Source: a virus
DNA length: 64,000 nt
IMG/VR virus record: IMGVR_UViG_3300036857_000619
Coordinates: 32,001 to 96,000 of that record
Direction: 5' to 3' (one strand)
How positions within the stretch are numbered: position 1 is the stretch's first letter; every line of letters begins with the position of its first letter. This document shows positions 8,661 to 17,703 of this stretch, piece after piece. The notes beneath the pieces are model-generated. The model made no database searches. It was not told the origin of the DNA and saw nothing but the letters and a program-made list of their open reading frames with translations. A program made the translations under genes and the position numbers.

Positions 8661-9059
8661 TTGACCCATGACATGACGCCGGGCGGCAAACGACCCGACG
8701 ACCGACACCCTGGCCCATCTCGCCAGTGGCCCGCTGACATGACACCCCCGCCCGTCGGGTATGACGAGGACGGCCCGATCCCGGCCGATCCGCGCCACAT
8801 CACCGGCCAGGTCTTCGTCCGCGAGACCGGCGCTGTCACGCTCGACGGACGCCGCCTCGTGCAGTTCGCCGGCGTGATCGCGCTCGACCAGCGCGCGCTC
8901 GAAGGCGAGCACCAGTACGTCGTGCTCGGCCGCGTCGACCCCGAGACCGACATCGTCCGCCTGAGCGTCATCTCGCGCGAGGCGGTGCACGACCGCACCG
9001 AGCTGGCGCGCGGCAAGAGCATCGACGACCTGCTCGGCGAGCCGATCTGGACGACGTAG
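8661..9059 (+). CDS. Hypothetical protein
   Basis: GGAGG 8647-8651 before an in-frame TTG; stop abuts next ATG. Confidence 0.55.
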   Translation: MTHDMTPGGKRPDDRHPGPSRQWPADMTPPPVGYDEDGPIPADPRHITGQVFVRETGAVTLDGRRLVQFAGVIALDQRALEGEHQYVVLGRVDPETDIVRLSVISREAVHDRTELARGKSIDDLLGEPIWTT

Positions 9060-9602
9060 ATGAGCATGCAAGCCGTGCATGTCGCCAAGCGCTTCCACGG
9101 ACTCGAGTCGCCGTACTTTCAGGAGGCGCTCAAGCTGGTGCCGATGGACGACCAGCAACTGCTCGCCTGCGAACTGTGCGGCCATCAGGTCTTCGTCCAG
9201 CACAGCGCGCGGGCAATCACCGCTCCGCAAGGAGCACCCGTGTGGTGCATCCAGTGCGTGAGCGTCGATCACCCCGTGCCGGGTCTGGAGTTGGAGGCCT
9301 GTCCGTCGCCATGTGTGTTTGCGCTCGGTGCGCTGCGCGTGTGGGAGATCGAGGCCCGCACCCGCTACCGCGTCGCCGCGCATTCGGCGCACGCCGCACT
9401 CCAGGTACTGCACGAGCTGGATGAGTGCACGCCGCTCGACGAGCACATTTCTCAGGAGGTCGATGTCCAGTTCATCGCCTCCTGCTCGGTTGACGAATCG
9501 ACCATCGAGGACGTCAGCGACGAGCACGACCACGATCACCCGCTGTGGGTAAGCCACCGCGACGCCTGTTCGATCTGCCGGGGGGAAACGTCGGGCAAGT
9601 GA
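9060..9602 (+). CDS. Multi-CxxC hypothetical protein
   Basis: CELC, CIQC, CSIC. Confidence 0.6.
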   Translation: MSMQAVHVAKRFHGLESPYFQEALKLVPMDDQQLLACELCGHQVFVQHSARAITAPQGAPVWCIQCVSVDHPVPGLELEACPSPCVFALGALRVWEIEARTRYRVAAHSAHAALQVLHELDECTPLDEHISQEVDVQFIASCSVDESTIEDVSDEHDHDHPLWVSHRDACSICRGETSGK

Positions 9603-10030
9603 CACTCAACTGCGACTTTTGCTGTTCCGGAGCACCGAGCGCGGTGTATCTCGTCAGCGGTTTCACCACCGACACGCCGCTTATGCGCTTCGTCAACGCC
9701 GACGGCGCGTGGGGCGCGTGCGAGTTCTGCGCGAAGATGATCGACGCCGACCGCCTCGGCGATCTCGTTGATCGCGTCCTTCGCCTCGGCACGTTCCGCG
9801 AGATGATCCGCGATCCACGCTTCGTCCCAATCGTCAAGCTGCACGTGCGCCAGGTCTACGCCGAGATCCTGCGCCACCGCTCCGATGGGATCACCACCGA
9901 CGATCCGCGCGCGGTCGCCCTGGCGCACCCGGACGACAGCCCCATCGGCGTCGCGTGGCGGCACAATCGCGACGGCTCGCTGGACATCGCGCCCATCCCA
10001 CCGGCCCCGCCGCATCCGCTGCGACCATGA
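9599..10030 (+). CDS. Zn-binding hypothetical protein (CDFC...GAWGACEFC)
   Basis: GTGA overlap; paralog of 4719-5096. Confidence 0.7.
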   Translation: MTLNCDFCCSGAPSAVYLVSGFTTDTPLMRFVNADGAWGACEFCAKMIDADRLGDLVDRVLRLGTFREMIRDPRFVPIVKLHVRQVYAEILRHRSDGITTDDPRAVALAHPDDSPIGVAWRHNRDGSLDIAPIPPAPPHPLRP

Positions 10031-10160
10031 ATCCGTCAGCAGCCACGCCCAGCCACATCTCCGGGCCCGCACACCGCGTGCGGGCTCCGCGACGTGTATC
10101 CGACCATCCGCGCAGAAACGCGCCAGAATCGCGTCTACGCGCGTTCTGGGGGCATGCGCC

Positions 10161-10424
10161 GTGAGCCGCCAGCCACACTCGGTCCGCATGGCGCAGCAGG
10201 AGGAGCTGTTGCAGCTGCGCCTGGAGTTGGACCGCCGACTGAATCTCTACCACTCGATCGTGGTCGGCTACCTGGGCGATTCCCCGAAAGCCACGCGGGA
10301 TCGCATCGAGGAGCTGGAACGTGACGCTCGCTCCGCCTGGGACGGCTATTGCGGCGCGCTGAGCCGCGCCTGGTACGCCGAGCTTCAGCACGACCAGCAC
10401 GACGAATTGGAGTTCGAGAACTGA
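10161..10424 (+). CDS. Helical hypothetical protein
   Basis: In-frame GTG 10161 or ATG 10188; protein-like composition. Confidence 0.55.
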   Translation: MSRQPHSVRMAQQEELLQLRLELDRRLNLYHSIVVGYLGDSPKATRDRIEELERDARSAWDGYCGALSRAWYAELQHDQHDELEFEN

Positions 10425-10438
10425 TGGGAGGATCCCCC

Positions 10439-10585
10439 GTGACTGTTCGTGAGTTGCTCAAATCGCTTCTTGAGCTGGACAACCTCGATCTTGAGATCGT
10501 CGTCAGTGTCGATGTCCATCCAATCGCTCGGGTCGATACCGACTATGTGCCCGGCCGGGTCGTCATCATGACAGGGCCAATCTGA
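10439..10585 (+). CDS. Small hypothetical protein
   Basis: GGAGG 10427-10431 before GTG; MTVRELL..L N-terminus typical of small phage proteins. Confidence 0.55.
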   Translation: MTVRELLKSLLELDNLDLEIVVSVDVHPIARVDTDYVPGRVVIMTGPI

Positions 10586-10620
10586 GATGGGGCATTCAAT
10601 GACACGGATGGAGGAGTGAC

Positions 10621-11196
10621 GTGGCGATCGTCAGCACCGAGCCGATGTCGCGGGCCGAGTTCCGGCAACTGCTCAAGAACGATGATCGTCGCTTGGAGCT
10701 CTGGCCCGATGGACTCGTGCGCGAGAAACCACCTGTGACGCTCGGCCACAGTCGGCTGGCATCGAGACTGGTCGAATTTCTCGAGGCTGGTCTGCCGGCT
10801 CGACGAGCGGTACTCGTCGAGGCGTACGCCGATTGGGCCGATCGTCCGATGCTTCGCCCTGACGCGATGGTCTACGCACAGGACGAGTATCTGGCCATGT
10901 GGGAGCGGGTTGGCCAGGCGGGCTATGCCGACGTCCCTCCGGCCGTTGCGATCGAGATTCGTTCGCCCGATCAGAACTGGACCGAACTCGTCAACAAGTG
11001 CCGCTACTTTGTCCAGCACGGCGCCCAACGCGCACTCATCATCGACCCGCAGCAACGCGTGGTCATCCTCGTGCGCCAGGACGAGCCGGACGAAGTCGGT
11101 CTGTATATCGAGGATGATGCGCGCGCACTGGATCTCGGACCGCTCTTCGACGATCGCGACGTGCATGTCCGCGAGTTGTTCGCGCTGCTCGGGTGA
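10621..11196 (+). CDS. Uma2-family (PD-(D/E)xK-like) endonuclease
   Basis: P....HS...S.L...L...RPD...P.VAIEI.SP......K...Y...G....LIIDP; GGAGGA SD. Confidence 0.9.
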   Translation: MAIVSTEPMSRAEFRQLLKNDDRRLELWPDGLVREKPPVTLGHSRLASRLVEFLEAGLPARRAVLVEAYADWADRPMLRPDAMVYAQDEYLAMWERVGQAGYADVPPAVAIEIRSPDQNWTELVNKCRYFVQHGAQRALIIDPQQRVVILVRQDEPDEVGLYIEDDARALDLGPLFDDRDVHVRELFALLG

Positions 11197-11202
11197 AAGC
11201 GA

Positions 11203-11619
11203 ATGCTGGATAGACGCGTCAACGGCCCGGCCGAGCTGGTCGAGTCGGTGCGCTTCCTGAGCGAGCACGGCGCGTACCGCGACGCGCTGGTGACCGCCAG
11301 CGTGTGGGCGCCGCGCTACGCCGGGCAGTTCTCAGCCGAGCAGCAGACCGAGCTCAACGCACTGCTCGGCCAGGCTGAGGAAGCTGCCGATGTCGAGGTC
11401 GCGCGCACCAACCGTGTCGAGCTGGACCGCACCGATCTGCAGCAGCTGGAGTGGGCGCTCGAAGAGCTGCGCCTGTTGCACGACGACCAGATCGGCCAGC
11501 ACCTGATGACGCAGCCGATACTCCGTTGCCAGTGTGCGGTCGCCAGCCGCTACCGCAAGGCGCGCGACGTCACCGATCGGCTGCGTGGCGACCTGGGGCT
11601 CCGGCCGCGCATCCTGTAG
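11203..11619 (+). CDS. Hypothetical protein
   Basis: Co-directional 138-aa ORF. Confidence 0.55.
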   Translation: MLDRRVNGPAELVESVRFLSEHGAYRDALVTASVWAPRYAGQFSAEQQTELNALLGQAEEAADVEVARTNRVELDRTDLQQLEWALEELRLLHDDQIGQHLMTQPILRCQCAVASRYRKARDVTDRLRGDLGLRPRIL

Positions 11620-11661
11620 CCCAGGCCCTACCACACCCCACCCCACCGGAAGGAGCCAACC

Positions 11662-12096
11662 GTGCCCCGCCGCAAACGCCAGGACCTGCTTCACCCGCGC
11701 GAGAACGAGATCGTCACCGCCTACCAAGCCGGCACTCCGACCAAAGACATCCTCGCCGACCTGCACATCAGCACCAACACGCTCGCGCAGGTGCGCCACA
11801 AGCACGGCCTGGGCCGACGGCGCGCCTCGCGCCCGACGCTCACCGTCGCGTCCGCGCCCGCCGAACAGTTCGCCGAGCCGGATCTCGAGCGGCTCAATGC
11901 GGGTACCGGCTTCGCCACGCCGCAGCTGCCGCCGTCGGACGGCCAGGCCCCGCCGGCGCCGCTCTGGGAGATCTCCTACGTCAGCACGACCACCGAAGGC
12001 GTGGTCGCCCCCGACATCGACACGGCATTGCGGCTGCTGCGCGAGCGCCACGGGGCGTCGATTGATATTCGCTTGGTACGCCGCGCGGAATCATGA
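11662..12096 (+). CDS. HTH-containing hypothetical protein
   Basis: AAGGAG SD; EIVTAYQAGTPTKDILADLHISTNTLAQVR helix-turn-helix. Confidence 0.6.
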   Translation: MPRRKRQDLLHPRENEIVTAYQAGTPTKDILADLHISTNTLAQVRHKHGLGRRRASRPTLTVASAPAEQFAEPDLERLNAGTGFATPQLPPSDGQAPPAPLWEISYVSTTTEGVVAPDIDTALRLLRERHGASIDIRLVRRAES

Positions 12097-12539
12097 ATTT
12101 GCCTATGAACGCTTCCATCTCACTAGAATTTCCCGACGTGATCGACGCTGCTCGCCGGACGCATATGAGCGTGCGCGAAGCCGCGCAGCTGCTGGGGCTG
12201 GCACCACAGCGCGTCGGCTTCTACATTCGACGCGGCGACCTGCCCGCGACCAGCGTCAACGGCCTCGACTACGTCCTGCTGCGCAAGGACGTCTTGCAGT
12301 TCGACCGCGAGCGGCGCTCCGGCAAACGCCAGACGACCCCTGGCCGACCCGGTCGCGAGAAACTTGCCCGGCTGCAGGCCGAACGCGAACTGGCCGACGA
12401 GCGTGCCGCGCAGCTCCGCAAGCTGCGGCCAACGCGCCCGATCCCCACCCGCGAAGAACTGCAGCGCATGCAGCGCGAGAACGCCGCCCGCCGCCGCGCC
12501 CGGCGACGCGCCGAAGCTCAGGCCGCCTCGTCCGCCTGA
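12093..12539 (+). CDS. Excisionase-like (HTH_17/MerR-type) DNA-binding protein
   Basis: MSVREAAQLLGL.PQRV..YIRRGDLPA...NG..Y.L.R.DV; start could be the internal ATG (MSVREAA). Confidence 0.7.
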   Translation: MNLPMNASISLEFPDVIDAARRTHMSVREAAQLLGLAPQRVGFYIRRGDLPATSVNGLDYVLLRKDVLQFDRERRSGKRQTTPGRPGREKLARLQAERELADERAAQLRKLRPTRPIPTREELQRMQRENAARRRARRRAEAQAASSA

Positions 12540-12706
12540 AGCGGCCGCGGCCGCGGCACCTCGAAGCGGTTCAGGTCGTGGTCGTACACCACGTAGGTGT
12601 CGGCCAGCAGCCCGTCGCGCGCGATCGCGTACAGCACGATCTCTTCAGGCGTCTCGGCATTGCCGACGAAGCCTCGCTCGCCGACGCGCACGATCCAGGT
12701 CTTCAC
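12518..12706 (-). CDS. Hypothetical protein (last gene of the minus-strand operon)
   Basis: GTGA overlap with upstream gene; 3' end overlaps the convergent gene. Confidence 0.55.
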   Translation of the reverse strand: MKTWIVRVGERGFVGNAETPEEIVLYAIARDGLLADTYVVYDHDLNRFEVPRPRPLQADEAA

Positions 12707-12939
12707 ACGTGGGCCACCGCCATGAGCCGCACCTTCGTTTTCCAGGGCACGCGCACCACGCGGCCGCGTTTGCCGGCGACGAAGGCGGTGCTCATCAGCA
12801 AGGCTTTGGCCGTCTCGGCGTCGCCCTCGGTGTCGAACTCGTAGACCACCGCCTCGCGCGCATCGGGAAACCGATTCAGGAACTCGAGCTCGGGCTCGAC
12901 GCGCTTTTCGACCAGCTGCTCGGGGTTCGGGATCGTCAT
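12703..12939 (-). CDS. Hypothetical protein
   Basis: TGATG overlap with MTase stop; GGAG SD. Confidence 0.6.
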   Translation of the reverse strand: MTIPNPEQLVEKRVEPELEFLNRFPDAREAVVYEFDTEGDAETAKALLMSTAFVAGKRGRVVRVPWKTKVRLMAVAHV

Positions 12940-13586
12940 CAGCACCTGGCTCCTTTCTTGGCCACTGCCCAATATGCGTGGGCTCTTCTCGAGTGATGCA
13001 CCACCTGCCAGTTGTGGCCAGTCATCGTTTCGGCCCGCCGCTCTTCTTTGATCAGCGGCTCGCACGCCACGAGCCCCGGCGTCGCGCGCACCGCCAGGAT
13101 GTAGTCGACGTACTGGTGGCGGTAGCGGCCGCGGTGCACCTGGTCGATGACCTTGCACAGGATCGTGCCGCGGCGTTTGAGCACGCGCGCCGCCTCGAGC
13201 AGGAACGGCGCAAACAGGTGGCAGATGTCCGGCGCGTGCTGCAAGTCATCATTCCGCGCGCCGAAGTGGCTCGCGTAGCGGCTCCTGGCCCCCGCCTCGG
13301 CGATGTGCGGCGGGTCGAAGACGACCACGTCGAAGGTGCCCGTCCACTCCTCAGGTAGCTCCCTGAAGTCGTAGTGGCTGTCCGCCTCCAGCTCGGGGTT
13401 GCTGTCGTTGCGCCACGGCTGGTACTCGAGGCCGCGCCACATGCTGCCGCGGCCGAAGGTCGCGTCGAGAATCCGCGGCTGGGCTGGCGCGTGCAACTCG
13501 AGCAGCTGGCGCAGGCAATCCTGGTCGGTGCCGTGCAGGATCGAGCGCGGCCGTGTCGTGACTGCCACCCGACCGACGATAGCCAC
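12939..13586 (-). CDS. Amino (N6-A/N4-C type) DNA methyltransferase
   Basis: SAM motif ILDATFGRGSMW, catalytic VVFDPPH, and EAARVLKRRG.I.CK. Confidence 0.85.
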   Translation of the reverse strand: MAIVGRVAVTTRPRSILHGTDQDCLRQLLELHAPAQPRILDATFGRGSMWRGLEYQPWRNDSNPELEADSHYDFRELPEEWTGTFDVVVFDPPHIAEAGARSRYASHFGARNDDLQHAPDICHLFAPFLLEAARVLKRRGTILCKVIDQVHRGRYRHQYVDYILAVRATPGLVACEPLIKEERRAETMTGHNWQVVHHSRRAHAYWAVAKKGARC

Positions 13587-13621
13587 CGCGTCTGGCGTTG
13601 TCCCGGCCTGGGCCGGCAGGG

Positions 13622-14038
13622 TCAGACTTCGTTCCGATTCGCCGTCAACACCACGCTGCCGTCCTCAAAGGCAAACGTGTAGCTGCCCGTACCGTCCGGC
13701 CACTCGTAGCCCAGGCAATGCACCGTTGGCCAGTGGGACTGCTGACCTGCCAGATTGAGCTCAATGGCGCGCCGCCGGAAAAAGACGGGCCGCATGCTGG
13801 GATGCGTGATGCGCACGGCTAGCTGCGACAGACCCTCACGTCGCGGCAGCAGCACCATGGTCTGCACGCGCGGCACGTCGATGTGCGCCCAGGCGGCGTG
13901 CGAGGCGCTCGAGCCTTCGCACTCAAACAGCCCGGTGTTGTCGTGGTACACCGCGACCCACGTCCACGCGTCCTTACAGTGCGTGCAGACGGGCGGGTGC
14001 CACCCATCGGGAGCACCCCGTCGGGCGAGCATGGTCAT
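13622..14038 (-). CDS. Hypothetical protein
   Basis: ATGA overlap; CTHC. Confidence 0.55.
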   Translation of the reverse strand: MTMLARRGAPDGWHPPVCTHCKDAWTWVAVYHDNTGLFECEGSSASHAAWAHIDVPRVQTMVLLPRREGLSQLAVRITHPSMRPVFFRRRAIELNLAGQQSHWPTVHCLGYEWPDGTGSYTFAFEDGSVVLTANRNEV

Positions 14039-14343
14039 GGGGACACGTCAAGAGCGATGACGATCGGCGCGGTCGGCGCGATGGCCCCAGCGTCGGTCGT
14101 GAAATCCATCGCACCGCTGAAGTTCGGCAGCGTGGGATCGCTGTCACACGTCACTGTCACCGTGACGGGCGCCAGCGCGCGCAGCGTGGCCTGTGCCTGA
14201 TTGGAACCGTCAACCAGCGTAATGGTGGACTGGTCCGGATCACTGGTGGTCCACGCGGGCGGTCCGGTCCAGTCCGTTTCGCCCGATGGGAATGCAACCT
14301 CCAGCAGCACGTCGGTGTCGGGCGGGATCGTGGACATCGTCAT
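14035..14343 (-). CDS. Small Ig-like beta protein
   Basis: W.TSDP...T...A.......VTVT pattern resembling Big_2 Ig-like domains. Confidence 0.5.
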   Translation of the reverse strand: MTMSTIPPDTDVLLEVAFPSGETDWTGPPAWTTSDPDQSTITLVDGSNQAQATLRALAPVTVTVTCDSDPTLPNFSGAMDFTTDAGAIAPTAPIVIALDVSP

Positions 14344-14485
14344 GGTTCGTCGTAATTGTTCGGCTCAGCCTCCGGTCGGGCCAAGCGCCGGGCCGGCGCG
14401 ATGTGCTTCGACCCACGCCGCCGCCGCGGCTTTGCCCTCATCGGTGTAGGGGAAACGCTTCTGGTGCTCATAGATTCGCGAGCCC

Positions 14486-15031
14486 TTATGCTTCGTCGTA
14501 CCCAAGCACGATGTTGCCCAGTGACGCACTGCCAGGTCCGCCCGCGTAGGTCGAATCCACCGCGAGCTCAATGCCTAGCAACAGCGTCGTCCCGATACCC
14601 GTGCTTGCCGTTGATTGGGACGTGTTGTCGTACTGCACAGCCGTTGGGGTGATGGCCGTATAGCCACTCGGTGCCGTTGGCCCGGAATTCGACGTGGTCT
14701 GGTCAGCCGTAGCTTTCGACGTCGTCTGCTGGTTGAACGTCGTCGGCCAGTTGGCCTGGGTATCCGTTTTCCAGTGCATACCGAGCCCTGCGGCGAAGGC
14801 CGATGAAATGCGCACGGTCCGGTTGCTGATCGTGGTGGTGCTTGTCGCCGTGACAGCGAGCTGCAGCGCCTTGAGGTAGGAGTAATTGGTGCCAGTCGAG
14901 GTGGGGATCGGAATCGGCGTCGTGCCGGTCTGCGTATCGACCTTATTCCACGTCACACCCGTTTCGGCATTCACGCCCGCGGGGAGCGTGGCTGATGCCC
15001 CGAAGAACTGGGCTTGGACGGTCGCAGGCAT
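14486..15031 (-). CDS. Thr/Ala-rich putative virion protein
   Basis: AAGGAG SD before ATG 15031; paralog of 15135-15896. Confidence 0.7.
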   Translation of the reverse strand: MPATVQAQFFGASATLPAGVNAETGVTWNKVDTQTGTTPIPIPTSTGTNYSYLKALQLAVTATSTTTISNRTVRISSAFAAGLGMHWKTDTQANWPTTFNQQTTSKATADQTTSNSGPTAPSGYTAITPTAVQYDNTSQSTASTGIGTTLLLGIELAVDSTYAGGPGSASLGNIVLGYDEA

Positions 15032-15134
15032 CCTCAGACTCCTTCCACGAGGCATTGTCCGGGTGGCCTGCCGCGGCGCCAAGCGCCGGGCCGGCAGGCG
15101 GCCGGCGCCACCTGAGCTCACCCGGTTCGGCCCA

Positions 15135-15896
15135 TCAGAATTCGTCGTAGGAGACGATCAGGTTCGGCACCGCCGCCGTGCCCGGTGTGGTGCCGTATGC
15201 CGTGGAGATAGCGCCGATCACGACCACGAACGGACCAATGCGGCCCTTGTTCAGGACGCTCAACCCCAGCGGGGAGAACTGGGTCGGAGTCGTCAGTGGC
15301 AGCGCATAGCTGGGTGGGACGAACGGCTGTCCGCCAGTCTCCGAAGGCACGTCTGCCGGTCCTGCCGTGTTGAACTGCGCAATCTGTGCGCCGATGGAGT
15401 GATTGAACGCCAGAATTCGATCCACGGTCAGCGTGTAGGGGCCCGTGCCCGTGACGGCCAACACCTGACGTAGCTCAGCCGTCGCGCCCTCATCAATCTG
15501 GACAAAGGCGTTGATGGCATATGCGAAGGATGCGACCAGCGTTACATCGCCGCCTGTGGCACCGGCCGCCAGCGACGATGTGAGCGACAGTTGCGGGATG
15601 TACGTGGGACTGGACGAAAACATCCAGGCCGCGCCGGTGGGCATGCTCGCCGCTGCCCGTACCGTGCCGTTCACCAGCGTGGTCGGTGGCGACGGCAACG
15701 GGTCGAGCACTTCGAGGGCGATCTGCTTGATGGCGCTATACGACGTCCTCGGGCCGGTGGTCGGCACGGGCAGCGGTTCGGTCCCCGTCTGAATGTCCGA
15801 CCGATCCAGACTGACGCCCGTCGATGCGTCGGACCCGACCAGTGGCTCGGTGGCCTCCCCTCCGTACCAACTCGCCCGAATGTTTGCAGTAGGCAT
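15135..15896 (-). CDS. Putative virion protein, paralog of 14486-15031 with an internal insertion
   Basis: AAGGAG SD; shared D.QTGT.P.P.PT...SY..K and PG.A...N....YDE. Confidence 0.7.
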   Translation of the reverse strand: MPTANIRASWYGGEATEPLVGSDASTGVSLDRSDIQTGTEPLPVPTTGPRTSYSAIKQIALEVLDPLPSPPTTLVNGTVRAAASMPTGAAWMFSSSPTYIPQLSLTSSLAAGATGGDVTLVASFAYAINAFVQIDEGATAELRQVLAVTGTGPYTLTVDRILAFNHSIGAQIAQFNTAGPADVPSETGGQPFVPPSYALPLTTPTQFSPLGLSVLNKGRIGPFVVVIGAISTAYGTTPGTAAVPNLIVSYDEF

Positions 15897-15911
15897 GCTG
15901 TCTCCTTTCTC

Positions 15912-17693
15912 CTAGCCGACCATCTGGCCATACGGCGTCGGCTGTAGCCTCGGCGCGATCACCTCGATGACAAACTGCGTCACCGCCAGCTCATCCTCGT
16001 GCGTGGTCAGCACGTCCAGGAACATCTGCGTCACGTGAATGCCTGGACGGGTGTCGCCGACCGGAATGCTGAGCGGGACCGTGAACGTGCTGGTGAGCAG
16101 TAGCCGTCCAACGGCGACGACCCACTCGCCGGCGCGGCCAGACCCGCGTCCCTTGACGATCAGCGTCAGCGGGACGGCCCGATCGGGCCGTCTGACGAAC
16201 CGCGCCAGGACGGGTACGTCCTGCGACGGTCTGGTGAACCCGACCGGTATCGACAGCGGGACCGGGAGGTTGGTTTCGACCTGCACCGGAATCCGCAGCG
16301 GGACGACCGTTCGAAGTGAGGTGAAGACGGCCTGGATCGGAATCCAGCCCGCCCGGTACAACTGCGTCCGCGCCGGGACGCTGCGCGGGGTGGCGTAGGT
16401 CTTGACCCACAGCTGGAGCGGAACCGTCAGGGCGTGCGGGGTGGGTTGGACGATCTGTCCCGTGGCAGGCACGGAGCGCGACCGACGGGTGCCGCCAAAG
16501 CACGCGGTGACCGGGATGTAGCGGTCCCAGTGCGCGATGAATCGAGCGGGGACACTGCGTTGCTGGTGCCAACGGAAGGCGGGATAGACCGGGACCGGGC
16601 GTTCCCTGGCAGGCAGGAACCACGCCGTGCCTGGAACCGACCGCTCGATCTGAGGTCGCGGGAGAGCCTCGACGTTCAGCGCGAAGCTGCCGATGCGGCG
16701 GCTGGGGACGGCGCGAACCTCGACGTTGAGCGCGAAGCTGCCAATGCGGCGCGGCGTGGGCGGCGTGGCGAAAACGACGGTGACTGGAACGACGCGGGTC
16801 GCGACGGGCCGGTAATCGACAAGGAAACCGAACGACCCAAGCTGGCGTGCCGGTGGCGGTGAGGCGAAGTCAACGACAAACCCAAACCCACCCAGTTGTC
16901 GCTGGGGTGGCGTGGGCTGGTAGTCGACGACGAACCCGAAAGCACCGACCTGGCGGAGTGGTCCTGCGGAGAAGCTCGCCGTAATGGGTACGCTGCGGAA
17001 GTTGCTGACGACCGTGGACAGCAGCGCCGTGGCAGGCACGCTGCGGGAGTTGGTGCTGATCGCCCCGTACCACCAGCGCTGGGCAGCGCTCGCATCCGTG
17101 ACGGCAACCACCACCGCGGCGGTGTCCAGTGACGCGGCGGCGGTAGGCGCAGTCGCCCTAATCCAGGGCGGGAATAGCCCGGAGAATTGCGCGAGCGCTA
17201 CGACGTTGCGCGACAGCCGCTGACCGCCGAATTGCGCGGTCGCCGGCACGCTGCGTCCCAGAAGCTGGGGCGGGACGTAGAAGTCGACGCTGACGCCCGC
17301 GGCGCCGACCTGGGGATACCCCGTGGCCGGACGGGCGAACTCGACGCTGATCCCCGCGCCACCCACCAGCGCGGCGGGCGGGTAGCGGTCGATCTGGAGC
17401 GCGACGCCGCCGATCTGGCGCGGCGCGGTGGTGACGATGTCCGGCTGCAGCCCGACGCCGCCCACCTGACGTCCGATGCCAGGCGTGATCTCGACGTTCA
17501 GCGCGACACTGCCGACTTGACGCGCGGGCGCCGTGGCCTGCACGTCCACGTTCAGCACGACACTGCCGACCCGACGCGCGGGCGCCGTGGCCTGCACGTC
17601 CACGTTCAGGGCATCGCCGCCTACTTGACGTACAGGCGGGGCCGCGACGATCTCGACGTTCAGCCCGACACTGCCAGCTCGGCGGTCGGTCAC
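15912..17693 (-). CDS. Beta-strand repeat protein (RQVG..L.V[DE] and RSVP repeats), putative tail-appendage scaffold
   Basis: About 13 R.[VIL]G.....V[DE] units, about 18 RSVP-like units and 2 C-terminal VTQ...[DE]V units. Confidence 0.7.
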   Translation of the reverse strand: MTDRRAGSVGLNVEIVAAPPVRQVGGDALNVDVQATAPARRVGSVVLNVDVQATAPARQVGSVALNVEITPGIGRQVGGVGLQPDIVTTAPRQIGGVALQIDRYPPAALVGGAGISVEFARPATGYPQVGAAGVSVDFYVPPQLLGRSVPATAQFGGQRLSRNVVALAQFSGLFPPWIRATAPTAAASLDTAAVVVAVTDASAAQRWWYGAISTNSRSVPATALLSTVVSNFRSVPITASFSAGPLRQVGAFGFVVDYQPTPPQRQLGGFGFVVDFASPPPARQLGSFGFLVDYRPVATRVVPVTVVFATPPTPRRIGSFALNVEVRAVPSRRIGSFALNVEALPRPQIERSVPGTAWFLPARERPVPVYPAFRWHQQRSVPARFIAHWDRYIPVTACFGGTRRSRSVPATGQIVQPTPHALTVPLQLWVKTYATPRSVPARTQLYRAGWIPIQAVFTSLRTVVPLRIPVQVETNLPVPLSIPVGFTRPSQDVPVLARFVRRPDRAVPLTLIVKGRGSGRAGEWVVAVGRLLLTSTFTVPLSIPVGDTRPGIHVTQMFLDVLTTHEDELAVTQFVIEVIAPRLQPTPYGQMVG

Positions 17694-17703
17694 CGCATTG
17701 GCC

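Noticed and set aside
14365-14571. AP2-like small ORF (KRFPYTDEGKAAAAAW)
   Set aside because: It overlaps the preceding gene by about 85 nt with no SD. An alternative 43-aa frame (14340-14471) has an ATGA overlap, so neither could be called with confidence.
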